A stretch of DNA of 64,000 bases from the NCBI GenBank assembly GCA_964617515.1, contig CAZTXO010000005.1, forward strand, positions 98 to 64,097, given 5' to 3'. Position 1 is the stretch's first letter. Every line of letters starts with the position of its first letter. Below, in pieces: positions 1 through 8,940 of this stretch. The notes under the pieces are model-generated. The model saw only the letters and a program-made list of their open reading frames with translations, did not search any database and was not told the origin of the DNA. Both the position numbers and the translations under genes were made by a program. This DNA comes from an uncultured Saprospiraceae bacterium. Its GTDB lineage: Bacteria > Bacteroidota > Bacteroidia > Chitinophagales > Saprospiraceae.

Positions 1-848
1 TGCGGGCCAATCTGGCCCTGGCGACAGGGACCTATATGAATGCCAATTATGTCGCTGAAACCGGCGTATTACGCAATGGCTATGAAGCAAATCTGGGGTA
101 TAAATTATCGCCCCGAAAGGACCTCTGGATCGATGCCGGTATATTCAGTTCGCACCTAGGATTTGAAAGTGCCGTGTCGAGGGACTGCTGGACGCTCACC
201 CGCAGCCTGCAGGCTGAGAACAGTCCCTATTATGAAAGCGGGGTAAAGGTGACCTATGTGGCAGACAACCGTCGATGGCTCCTGAGCGCCCTGGTGCTCA
301 ATGGATGGCAGCGGATCCGGCGGCCCGATTTAAATCAAACACCCGCCCTGGGGACGCAAATCAAGTTTACACCCAATGCCAATACCACATTTAATTACAG
401 CACGTTTTGGGGGAATGACATGCCGGAGACGAACCGGCGAATGCGCTTTTTCCAGAATTTCTACGCGCTCTTTCAATTCCCCGGGGCCATGCAGGTAGCA
501 GCAGGTTTTGATATCGGTATAGAACAAAAGGAAAAGGGGTCTACCTCTGTCAACACCTGGTTTAGCCCGGTCCTGGTCGCCCGGGTCAGGTGGAATGATC
601 ATTGGTCCATCACCGGGAGAGGCGAATATTATGCAGATGTAGATGAAGTGATCATTCCAACCAGCACGGAAAACGGGTTCCAGGCGTTTGGGTATTCACT
701 CAATATCGATTGTCAACTACAGGACAATGCCTGTTGGCGAATAGAAGGCAGAATGATACGCAGTAAGGATGAAATATTTACGAACGCAGGCGGTTTGACG
801 ACTTCCACAGACGTGGCCATCACGACATCGGTAGCGATATCCTTTTAA
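1..848 (+). CDS. outer-membrane beta-barrel (porin-like) protein, N-terminus cut by window edge
   Basis: The frame is open from nt 3, upstream of the first ATG at 36. The sequence has an alternating beta-strand pattern rich in G/Y/N/W. It ends ...VAISF with a terminal Phe, as in OM barrels. Confidence 0.55.
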   Translation, partial: RANLALATGTYMNANYVAETGVLRNGYEANLGYKLSPRKDLWIDAGIFSSHLGFESAVSRDCWTLTRSLQAENSPYYESGVKVTYVADNRRWLLSALVLNGWQRIRRPDLNQTPALGTQIKFTPNANTTFNYSTFWGNDMPETNRRMRFFQNFYALFQFPGAMQVAAGFDIGIEQKEKGSTSVNTWFSPVLVARVRWNDHWSITGRGEYYADVDEVIIPTSTENGFQAFGYSLNIDCQLQDNACWRIEGRMIRSKDEIFTNAGGLTTSTDVAITTSVAISF

Positions 849-860
849 GGGCAGGCAGGC

Positions 861-1520
861 TTATCCTGCTATTTTTTCCAAAAACTCCGGATAGCCCATG
901 CTATCCTTCAGAGCGAGGTGGATTTTCATAAAATCATTCACCTTGTCCGAATTCCATTCTTTCATTTCCTTAAACACTAGCCTGGACCCTTTGCTGAAAT
1001 TTTGTTTTTCGCGCCCGGTTTCGCTGAAGGCTTCCAGGCCAAAGGAATAATAGATCCTGTCTTTGATGAGGATACGCGTGTATTCCACCTGGCAGCCTTC
1101 GGGAACGATTTCTTTGATTCCTACCATCGTCGTTCGTTTTCCTCGTCCGCCCAGGCTGTACTTGAATCCAAGGCGGTCCTTGGCCACTTCCACCCAGTCG
1201 TATTGATGCCGGCTGATGATATCAGTGGACACCGGATCTTTTTCCTGCAGATTAAATACCCATTTGACCCATTGCTGCACGCGGCCCGTGATCGTCAACA
1301 GGATAAAACTTTTACGGCCTGAAGATTTCACCAACTGCTTGATTTCCAGGTTGCCTTCACGGAGTTTGATCCCAAGCCCTTTTTTAGCGGCCAGGGGCAG
1401 GTAATGATCGTTCCGGGACGGCGATTCCGCTGCAAATGCCATCCCCTTGTGCTGAAACCATTGTGCCAGGGCATACGGCTCTTCTTCAAAGAACCACCTG
1501 ACTTCGTAGCTTGGTAACAT
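861..1520 (-). CDS. hypothetical protein, possible CYTH-like (triphosphate tunnel) fold
   Basis: 219-aa ORF. N-terminal YEVRWFF, then GIKLREGNLEIK and EVAKDRLGFKY, resemble CYTH strand signatures. Recognition is by eye only. Confidence 0.35.
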   Translation of the reverse strand: MLPSYEVRWFFEEEPYALAQWFQHKGMAFAAESPSRNDHYLPLAAKKGLGIKLREGNLEIKQLVKSSGRKSFILLTITGRVQQWVKWVFNLQEKDPVSTDIISRHQYDWVEVAKDRLGFKYSLGGRGKRTTMVGIKEIVPEGCQVEYTRILIKDRIYYSFGLEAFSETGREKQNFSKGSRLVFKEMKEWNSDKVNDFMKIHLALKDSMGYPEFLEKIAG

Positions 1521-1645
1521 CGTGTTTGTGGTTGATGGATGGAAAGGTTAATTAGCTAAAATTAAGGGAAAAAATTATGCCTTTGCCTGACTGCCCCCGA
1601 TGGACCACGGGAAGTCAACCCACTCTTCCTGATTAATACGTACTC

Positions 1646-1740
1646 TCACTTTCCTTGCCCTGAGCGTACTTCGTGCGTGCTCCGTCGCTGAAGCTTTGGC
1701 GCAAGCGACCGAAGGAGGCGCCACTTCGTCCTCCGAAGGC
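1646..1740 (+). repeat. 95-nt dispersed repeat, copy A
   Basis: Aligns without gaps to the reverse complement of 12495-12589 with 4 mismatches in 95 nt. The copy is intergenic. Confidence 0.9.
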
Positions 1741-1784
1741 GAAGTCGACCGCGTGCCGCCATAGCTTCAGCGGTGGCGCAAGGG

Positions 1785-1808
1785 TCACTTTCCTTGCCCT
1801 GAGTGTAG
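1785..1808 (+). repeat. 24-nt direct repeat of the 5' end of copy A
   Basis: tcactttccttgccctgagtgtag matches 1646-1669 (tcactttccttgccctgagcgtac) at 22 of 24 positions. Confidence 0.85.
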
Positions 1809-1840
1809 TCGAAGGGTCTCTTTTTCCCTTTCTTTACAGG

Positions 1841-2620
1841 ATGAAAATGTACCAGGTAGATGCTTTCACCGATCGCCTTTTTGGCGGAAATCCTGCGGCC
1901 GTCGTCCCGCTCGGGGAATGGCCAGCAGATGATTTGATGCAGTCCATCGCCGCCGAAAACAATCTCGCGGAGACGGCATTCATTGTGCCGGAGGGGGATG
2001 ATTTCCGCATTCGATGGTTCACGCCAGCAGTGGAAGTGGATCTTTGTGGTCATGCAACACTGGCGGCGGCATACATTTATTTCCGTGAATTGGGATATGA
2101 TCGCGACGCGATACGGTTTCAATCCCGCAGCGGGATGCTGACGGTAACCAGGGACGGGGAATGGCTCACGCTGGATTTTCCGGCAGATGATTTTCAGCCA
2201 ATCGAAATCACGGAGGCCCTGCGGGCCTGTACGACCGCCCGCATCCTGGAAGCCTGGAGAGGTAAACGGGATTATATGTTTGTGTTCGACAATCAGCAGG
2301 CGGTAACTGAAAGCCACGTTGATCAGCAAGCGGTATTGCGCCTGGGACATTGCGGGTTGATCGTGACGGCGCCGGGGGATGATGTCGATTTCGTCTCGCG
2401 TTTTTTCGCTCCGGCCTATTCTATACCAGAGGACCCGGTGACGGGATCATCCCACACGACCATGACACCGTATTGGGCAAAGCGATTGAACAAAACTTCG
2501 CTTACAGCCCGGCAGTTGTCTCCGCGAGGCGGCTATCTGAAATGTGTGATGAAAATCGACCGGGTTAGGATCAGCGGAAAAGCCAAATTATACTTGACGG
2601 GGACGATTGCATTATCCTGA
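1841..2620 (+). CDS. PhzF-family isomerase-like protein
   Basis: MKMYQVDAFTDRLFGGNPAAV is a typical PhzF/YddE N-terminus. I moved the start to the ATG at 1841 because the upstream part of ORF 1673 runs through the repeat element. Confidence 0.8.
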   Translation: MKMYQVDAFTDRLFGGNPAAVVPLGEWPADDLMQSIAAENNLAETAFIVPEGDDFRIRWFTPAVEVDLCGHATLAAAYIYFRELGYDRDAIRFQSRSGMLTVTRDGEWLTLDFPADDFQPIEITEALRACTTARILEAWRGKRDYMFVFDNQQAVTESHVDQQAVLRLGHCGLIVTAPGDDVDFVSRFFAPAYSIPEDPVTGSSHTTMTPYWAKRLNKTSLTARQLSPRGGYLKCVMKIDRVRISGKAKLYLTGTIALS

Positions 2621-2633
2621 GTAAGGAATCGGT

Positions 2634-3608
2634 TTAATGCACAAACAGCACCGAATTGATATTCCCAAACCCGTCGTCTTCCGATAATGGATTACCCGGA
2701 TCCGTGATCCATTTCCCGTCCACAATAAATTTATAGGTGTGTTTTCCGCCGGTCAGATCGAGCGTCGTGGTCCACATATTGTTGATATGGATCATCTCCT
2801 GGCGCCGTTCATTCCACTTGTTGAAGGAACCGGCCAGGATGACCTTCCTGGCTTCTGGGTAGCCGTAGAGATTAAACGTTACAGGGGTGCGGACGTAGAG
2901 GACGGAATTGAGGGTGCTGTGTTCATTCTTCACATTTTCTTCCGCTTTCGGGTCGTGCATCCATTCGCCGTCGGCGATGAACTTGTATTCATACCGGCCG
3001 GGTGGCAGGTCGGCACGGAGCTCCCATCCTTCTTCCGTCCGGTTCATCCGGAGTGCATGCTCATTCCATCCGTTAAAACTGCCTGCCAGGATGACCACCT
3101 GGTTGTTTTGATGCCCGGGGAGAAAGAAACGGACATTCCCTTTTTCATTGACCTGGATGACGGACAGATCTACCTTGTAAATGTCCTCGAGAAAATCATC
3201 TTTGAAACTCCGCGGGTCCGTGATATCCCCTTCCGGATCAGCGATAAACCGTCCGTTGATGATATAGCGGAATTCCAGAGGGAAAGCATCGTTGAACTCC
3301 CGGACAGGCTTCCGGAGACGGAAGGTGAAATCATCCACCTTCTCCATTTTCCAGCCCTTCTTGTTCCATTTATTGAATTGGCCGGTGATGGCTACCTCGT
3401 AAATCCCCAGGTCGGCAAAATCCACCTTCAGGGCATTTTCTCCCAATAATTCCTTGGCGTAATTGCGCACATCGAACGTAAAAATGACATCCTCCCCTTC
3501 AAAGCGATATGCAGGATTCCCTACCTGCCCCAGGGCAACGGACAGCATACCGCCGCCTCCTGCCCAGCAGAAGAATAGGGGAATGATATGGCGATACAGT
3601 CGCTTCAT
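2634..3608 (-). CDS. secreted protein with three tandem CBM48/AMPK-beta-like (E-set) carbohydrate-binding modules
   Basis: Has a signal peptide. Three repeats carry G(Q/S)FNxWN ... YEYKFIADGEW.HDP / HTYKFIVDGKWITDP signatures. No catalytic motif is visible. Confidence 0.65.
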   Translation of the reverse strand: MKRLYRHIIPLFFCWAGGGGMLSVALGQVGNPAYRFEGEDVIFTFDVRNYAKELLGENALKVDFADLGIYEVAITGQFNKWNKKGWKMEKVDDFTFRLRKPVREFNDAFPLEFRYIINGRFIADPEGDITDPRSFKDDFLEDIYKVDLSVIQVNEKGNVRFFLPGHQNNQVVILAGSFNGWNEHALRMNRTEEGWELRADLPPGRYEYKFIADGEWMHDPKAEENVKNEHSTLNSVLYVRTPVTFNLYGYPEARKVILAGSFNKWNERRQEMIHINNMWTTTLDLTGGKHTYKFIVDGKWITDPGNPLSEDDGFGNINSVLFVH

Positions 3609-3611
3609 GCG

Positions 3612-4607
3612 TCAGGGCCTGATCGGATTGAAAAAGTAAATCTTTCTTTTCGTATAGTTGATGAGCGTCCGGCGGTTTTTCAAAAACTCATACCCGAGCA
3701 CACCGTCCGCCTGGGTTTCAAAGGACCGGTTGAGATCGTCCAGGCTGGTCAACAACGTGTTCATCTTTTCCGTATACTGATTACCACAGGACACATCGCG
3801 GAGTACTCCGGCCAGCACTTCGACTTCTTTTTTCCCGACACCGACCAGATTGACACGCTTGAGGATGGTGAAATGGTCGAGCACCCTTCGGTTGACATGC
3901 CGGTCGATCAGGTTAAGTTCAGCACCCGAATCCAGGATCATTTTCACTTTGACCCCGTTGACCAAGGTTTCGACCAGGATCAGGTGTTTCCTCAGCACGA
4001 AAGACAGGCTGTCTGCAGGCCGTTCCCATTTCGATTCGGGCTCCACGAGGTTGCCACGCGGATCGGTTCTGAACAAGACGATCCTGCGCTCCGGGAAGTC
4101 AATGAAAAGTTCAAAGTCACGAAATACACTATACCCCAGGATACCCGCGAGGCGGATATTCTTTTTGGTCTCGATGTGGCCAAGATCGACGATATGCGCG
4201 TAGAGATGGGTGAGCATGAGGCGTTCCACCCGCAGACTGTCGGTATATTGCCCGATGACTGCTTGCACCATGCCTGTATTACCGGCCGAGACGATCTGCG
4301 TGCCTGTAGGATCAGGAGTGTAATGTTGTTTATTGATGACCAGTCGCTCGCTCCCGGTGTCGATGATGAATAATCCGGAGAGGGTATCCACCCTGGCCTC
4401 TACCATCATGAGCTGTCCTACCAGGGTAAAGGGGATATAGACCGTGTTGATATCGGGTGTGGCGGATTGGGGGAAAGAAATATGGCATAATAACCCCGGA
4501 GGCGAAAGGGATACCGGCTCCCTTGCTTCAACCCGTGGAACCAAAAAAAGAAATACGGCCAAGGTTGGCAGGAAGCAACTTTTCCATATGTTCGGCCAAT
4601 TCCTCAA
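3612..4607 (-). CDS. single-chain tandem retropepsin-like aspartic protease (start codon uncertain)
   Basis: Two active-site motifs are present: FIIDTGSE (DTG = nt 4353-4361) and MILDSGAE (DSG = nt 3924-3932). The N-terminus is hydrophobic. The listed TTG start lies inside a TACCTTTG box. Confidence 0.6.
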   Translation of the reverse strand: MRNWPNIWKSCFLPTLAVFLFLVPRVEAREPVSLSPPGLLCHISFPQSATPDINTVYIPFTLVGQLMMVEARVDTLSGLFIIDTGSERLVINKQHYTPDPTGTQIVSAGNTGMVQAVIGQYTDSLRVERLMLTHLYAHIVDLGHIETKKNIRLAGILGYSVFRDFELFIDFPERRIVLFRTDPRGNLVEPESKWERPADSLSFVLRKHLILVETLVNGVKVKMILDSGAELNLIDRHVNRRVLDHFTILKRVNLVGVGKKEVEVLAGVLRDVSCGNQYTEKMNTLLTSLDDLNRSFETQADGVLGYEFLKNRRTLINYTKRKIYFFNPIRP

Positions 4608-4612
4608 AGGTA
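4605..4612 (-). promoter_or_regulatory. TAnnTTTG (-7 type) box overlapping the listed TTG start of 3612-4607
   Basis: The plus strand reads caaaggta, which is tacctttg on the minus strand. Confidence 0.35.
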
Positions 4613-4992
4613 GTATAGCTGATCTTGTGCCTTCAATACTAGGTCTTTTGACGCCATGACTGTGAATAAACGGATCAAGGGATGGGTTTATTCGATTAAA
4701 GCGGTACCGGCAGGCGTTAAAAATGAAGACATTAATTTTTTGTCCATTGACTTATAAAGTTGGTTCTTTGTTGAAGCGTTCCTTCCCATGGCCGGATCGT
4801 CTGGACAATATCATGCCACTCAAAGCTATCAGGAAGCCCAAATTCATCAGCCGTAGCAGGAATTTCATCGGATCAAAGGATTTTCCATTGGCCATATCCC
4901 ATGCCCACCAACAAAAGATAAAGATGAAACCGTTCAGAAAAACTGGATAAGGAGGAGTTAGGATGTAGAAGGCAATATTTAAAAGTTAGGTA

Positions 4993-5000
4993 TAATTTTG
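4993..5000 (+). promoter_or_regulatory. TAnnTTTG box upstream of 5048 ORF
   Basis: taattttg, 47 nt upstream of the ATG at 5048, in an AT-rich spacer. Confidence 0.35.
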
Positions 5001-5047
5001 TTATACTTGATCAGAATAGTTTTGACCATCTTCTTCATGGGATTGCC

Positions 5048-5872
5048 ATGGCTGCAAAGTTTTACATCCAGTTGTTTTTTGTTTTCCTGCAGGTTAATCA
5101 TTTGGTGTTCCCGCTTTTTCCGCAGACAGCTGCAGACATCATCTGTGCCACGGAGGAAAAGTATCGGTCCCTAATTAATTATTCGGATGAAGGGGAGCTA
5201 TTATCTTCTTATTATGGGGAGCCGCCCTCTCAGGTCAGGAAGCGTTATTTCCTGGCCGCGGATCGTAAGAAGAACATTTACCACTGGGTCAATGAGAGTT
5301 TCCTGGGAAGTGCCAGGACGACTGAATTTACAATAAAAGAACATGACTCCCTGGGGATCTATTCATCCATCATCTATAAAGAAGGCCCCTTTCGTGAGAC
5401 CTTGTATGGTGCAGCGGGCCGGTTAATCGCCACGGGTGGCGGTATCTTGCTTGTAACATGCTCGTTACTGTATGAGGATTTTTTTTGGGAAGGCCCCGGC
5501 GATGCCTCCATACTCCAGCTGGGCGATTCCATCAGGCGCCTTCCCGACACTTCAATCTTAGGTGAGGATTGTTATAGCATCATGCAAACCCAGCTCACCT
5601 TTTTCACCCAACAGATGGCAGACAGGGATAATCGTTTTCTGGATTCCATACATGCCCTTCATCCCGAACTTGCAGGATTACCAAGACCCGTTGTTAAAAA
5701 ACCGGGTCCAGGGCGTTATGAACGAAAATATTTCATTCGCAAGAAGGATTGGATGATTGTTCGCAGGGAAGAATATCACTTTATGGAGGAACGATTAACT
5801 AATTCTACCGTTTTATATCAACATCCATCGTATGATCGTGAGGATTTTATGATGCAATTTTCAAAAAATTGA
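5048..5872 (+). CDS. hypothetical exported protein
   Basis: 274-aa ORF with a hydrophobic N-terminus and lower GC than its neighbours. I recognise no family motif. Confidence 0.45.
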   Translation: MAAKFYIQLFFVFLQVNHLVFPLFPQTAADIICATEEKYRSLINYSDEGELLSSYYGEPPSQVRKRYFLAADRKKNIYHWVNESFLGSARTTEFTIKEHDSLGIYSSIIYKEGPFRETLYGAAGRLIATGGGILLVTCSLLYEDFFWEGPGDASILQLGDSIRRLPDTSILGEDCYSIMQTQLTFFTQQMADRDNRFLDSIHALHPELAGLPRPVVKKPGPGRYERKYFIRKKDWMIVRREEYHFMEERLTNSTVLYQHPSYDREDFMMQFSKN

Positions 5873-6334
5873 TAATAAATCCTTGTTCAATATCTTCTCA
5901 AAGCATACGCTATTCTCCATCCTTGCATATTGCCCGTAATTCGGTATCTGCCGGTATCCTTTCTTCCGGTAAAGGCCGATCGCGTCCGGCTGTCGCTTTC
6001 CCGTTTCCAATATGCATCGCTTGTATTGCAATTCCCTGGCCCACTTTTCCAGTTCATCCAGGATTTTTGAGGCGTACCCTTTGCCACGATGCGAGGGAAT
6101 CGTGTACATCCGCTTAATTTCCATGGTGCCCGGATCAAATGGTTTTATAGCCCCGCATGCCACCGGGAGACCTTCCTCATAGATCATCACCACCTCGCGG
6201 ATGGCATCCACCTTGTTGAACCGGGCATAGAAGGCATGCTCCTCCCCGTCGAGTTCTGCCAACACACGATCCAGATCCCTGACCAGCGTATTGAAATCCG
6301 GATGGGTGGAATCGGTACGCACTAGCTGCATCAT
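5861..6334 (-). CDS. GNAT-family N-acetyltransferase
   Basis: HRGKGYASKILDELEKWA is an acetyl-CoA binding (R/Q-x-x-G-x-G/A) motif. I chose the start at MMQLVRTD; the GTG at 6373 is also possible. Confidence 0.75.
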   Translation of the reverse strand: MMQLVRTDSTHPDFNTLVRDLDRVLAELDGEEHAFYARFNKVDAIREVVMIYEEGLPVACGAIKPFDPGTMEIKRMYTIPSHRGKGYASKILDELEKWARELQYKRCILETGKRQPDAIGLYRKKGYRQIPNYGQYARMENSVCFEKILNKDLLSIF

Positions 6335-6430
6335 GGGGTAAACATAAAAAGTTATGTCCTGATAAGACGACACGGATCAATTTCCCGGGCTGTCAACCGG
6401 TATGGTTGTCCCATAGCAGGCAGGTTCGCG

Positions 6431-7450
6431 TCAATTGGTACAATTGACGGCAGTAGCCCCCATCCATTCCAGGTAGTGATTATGATCATGTTGTTCCCCT
6501 GCCTGTTCAAACCACCTGGCCAATAAATCCGTATAAGTCATCTTGTATTCTTTCAGGTTTGTATTCAGTTGAACGGTTCCCCGCTTGGTGTTGACGGGGC
6601 CATAGACGGATTGATTGATCAATTCGCTGGCGGCGATCAGCCCCTGGATGACATCAAAAGCTTCGGCAAGGGTATAGTTTTTTCCTTTATAGGTGACATA
6701 GATGGAGCTGGCAGACGGCGCCGGGGGCGGATACAGGTTGCCCAGTCCGATCACATCGCAGGCGGAGAAAGGAACGATATCCAGGATCCCGTAATAACGC
6801 CAGGTGTTGGTCAGCGAAGCATCAAATTCATCCGCGAAGGCGATATTCCAGGAGGTGGGCGCAGCGAAGGTGAGCACGGAATAGATGGCCGGTAATGTAC
6901 CTCCGCTCTGAAGTATCTGGTAGCGCAGGTACATCGCATATACCGTCGCGAGGTTCCCTCCAAGGCTATGACCCGTGATACCGATAAATTTTCCGTTCGG
7001 AATAGCATTCTTCAGGATAAAAGACTCCATGGTATCGCCATTCTTGTCCGTCAGGACCATCAGATCCTGCAAGCCATCCCACGCGCCGCGCGATATTTTC
7101 GGATCCGCCGCGGGGTTTTGGGTGTAAATCCATTTTTCCTGGAGGAATATATTGAAGTCCTGTTCGAACCAATTGTCGAAGGCCGCCCAGGAGAATTCCA
7201 GGATGGAACCGCGGATGGCGATGACATACTGGACGCCATTGTAGGCAATAAAGGCATAATTGCCGCCGATGACTTTTACCGGTTCCCAGACGAGCTGCCA
7301 CCCCGGCAACACTGCGTGTAGGGTGGACCGGACATTGAGGGTGAGGGAGCAATACGTGATGGAGGCAAGTTGCATCGCGATGACGTCACCGATCGCGCGT
7401 TGATTGGGGGCGGTTGTGGTTTCCGCTCCGATGACCAGAGAAGTAGACAT
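6431..7450 (-). CDS. class-3 lipase family protein
   Basis: ITGHSLGGNLATVYAMYL is a nucleophile elbow in a typical Lipase_3 context. Confidence 0.7.
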   Translation of the reverse strand: MSTSLVIGAETTTAPNQRAIGDVIAMQLASITYCSLTLNVRSTLHAVLPGWQLVWEPVKVIGGNYAFIAYNGVQYVIAIRGSILEFSWAAFDNWFEQDFNIFLQEKWIYTQNPAADPKISRGAWDGLQDLMVLTDKNGDTMESFILKNAIPNGKFIGITGHSLGGNLATVYAMYLRYQILQSGGTLPAIYSVLTFAAPTSWNIAFADEFDASLTNTWRYYGILDIVPFSACDVIGLGNLYPPPAPSASSIYVTYKGKNYTLAEAFDVIQGLIAASELINQSVYGPVNTKRGTVQLNTNLKEYKMTYTDLLARWFEQAGEQHDHNHYLEWMGATAVNCTN

Positions 7451-7650
7451 GAGAAAAAGGTTTTAAGAAGTTAACTGAAACAAATACGGTCGTCTCATTA
7501 CTTCTCTTTGGGGTCGTACGGGTTTAACCGGGGATGCAATGCGGGTCTGTGGAGAAAGGTACGATGAAAGAGGCAAATACGGGGATTTGTTTCATGCCGA
7601 AACCGGCAACAGGAAGCGTGTAATTTACCACAACCGGGAGTGGTTGGCCG

Positions 7651-7872
7651 TTATTCTTCCCGGGCCGTTTCCCGGGAAGGCTGTCGCCCGGGCGGAACAT
7701 AGCAATTGCCGGCAGCGCAACCGAAATTGAAAACGCCCATCGACGCAAAATAAGCGCCGAAAAGGATGCCGATCCACAAACCTTCGAAGGAGGACTGCAC
7801 CAGCATAAAACCTCCGAGGATCACGTAGATGGCTCTTTGAAAAGTCCAGCCGGTCAGGATTCGGTCTCTCAT
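7651..7872 (-). CDS. small membrane protein (DUF2892/YgaP-like)
   Basis: 73 aa with two hydrophobic helices. WTFQRAIYVILGGFML...FGCAAGNC resembles the DUF2892 pattern. Confidence 0.5.
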   Translation of the reverse strand: MRDRILTGWTFQRAIYVILGGFMLVQSSFEGLWIGILFGAYFASMGVFNFGCAAGNCYVPPGRQPSRETAREE

Positions 7873-7983
7873 GTTATCGTGTACCAGATGCCAAAGATGT
7901 GAAAATCAGATTTTTCGAAGTGCAACTAATGTTACAAACCGGATTTATATGATGATCGGGTGAACGAGGGGTAATGGCTACAT

Positions 7984-8859
7984 CTATTCCCCTTTAGGAA
8001 GTACCTCGGCGAACACAGGTAAGTGATCAGAAGCCAGTTGCCCGTACCAATTGTCCGAAAGAATGGAGTGCCGGATCACTTCCATTTTGTTTTTGGCAAA
8101 AATAAAATCGATCCGGTCGGAGACAAGACCGGAGATATTGAAATTGGCCGCAAATGTACTCCTCGGACCATGGTGCATGTATTTCGATACCTGCATGGCG
8201 TCATTGACATGGATGGGATTGGGCGCTTCTGTCAGCGTTTTGTAGGGAGGGTCATCTTCCGTGCAATTAAAATCACCGGTCAGTACCACGGGAAATTTCC
8301 CGGCGATGGAATCCATGCAATGCAAAAGCAACCTGGCGCTTTCCAGCCGCGCGGTGTCGCCCAGGTGATCAAAATGCGTGTTGAAGTGATAAAAGTTCAC
8401 GCCGGTAAGTTTGTCCTGGAACTCGGCCCAGGTCACGATGCGGGGAAGAGCAGCATCCCACCCAACGGATCCCGCCTGGTGAGGTGTCCGGGATAACCAA
8501 AATGTGCTGCCGTCCAGGAGCCGGAATCGATCCTTCCGGTAGAGAATCGCGGAAAATTCACCGTCCGGGTTGGGCTTGGTGGTGCCATCGGTCCGGCAGA
8601 CACCAAACCATCCATAATCGGGCAATTCGGCCACCATTTCATTGATCTGGCGACGGAACGCTTCCTGCAGGCCGATCAAATCCGGGGCGTGGAAATTGAT
8701 CAGCGTGTACACATGGTGCCGGCGGTAATCCCAGTAATTCTGCCCGTCACCTTCCACCGGAAGCCGGATATTGTAAGTCATCACCTTGATCGTGTGGTCC
8801 TGGGCCATGACAGAAATCCCCGTCACCGTCCAAAGAAAAAGGATCAATATGCCTCTCAT
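7984..8859 (-). CDS. endonuclease/exonuclease/phosphatase (EEP) family secreted protein
   Basis: Has a signal peptide. Motifs: VMTYNIR, GLQE, TGDFN and the C-terminal SDHLPV. Confidence 0.8.
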   Translation of the reverse strand: MRGILILFLWTVTGISVMAQDHTIKVMTYNIRLPVEGDGQNYWDYRRHHVYTLINFHAPDLIGLQEAFRRQINEMVAELPDYGWFGVCRTDGTTKPNPDGEFSAILYRKDRFRLLDGSTFWLSRTPHQAGSVGWDAALPRIVTWAEFQDKLTGVNFYHFNTHFDHLGDTARLESARLLLHCMDSIAGKFPVVLTGDFNCTEDDPPYKTLTEAPNPIHVNDAMQVSKYMHHGPRSTFAANFNISGLVSDRIDFIFAKNKMEVIRHSILSDNWYGQLASDHLPVFAEVLPKGE

Positions 8860-8940
8860 GCGGTGAAAGGTAACCGTTTCGATCTATATTTTCGCCTCAC
8901 TCCTTTGTGCTGAAAATATCAGCCCAATCCATTGCCAAAT

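Noticed and set aside
4723-4950. A 75-aa plus-strand ORF and an alternative 46-aa minus-strand ORF (MANGKSFDPMKFLLRLMNLGFLIALSGMIL...) in the 4608-5047 spacer.
   Set aside because: Neither has a recognisable motif. The minus-strand ORF has one hydrophobic helix and only a near-consensus upstream box. The evidence is too weak to annotate without expression or conservation data.
7524-7748. 74-aa minus-strand ORF between the lipase and DUF2892 genes.
   Set aside because: It overlaps the 3' end of the DUF2892 gene in another frame and has no features. It is probably spurious.
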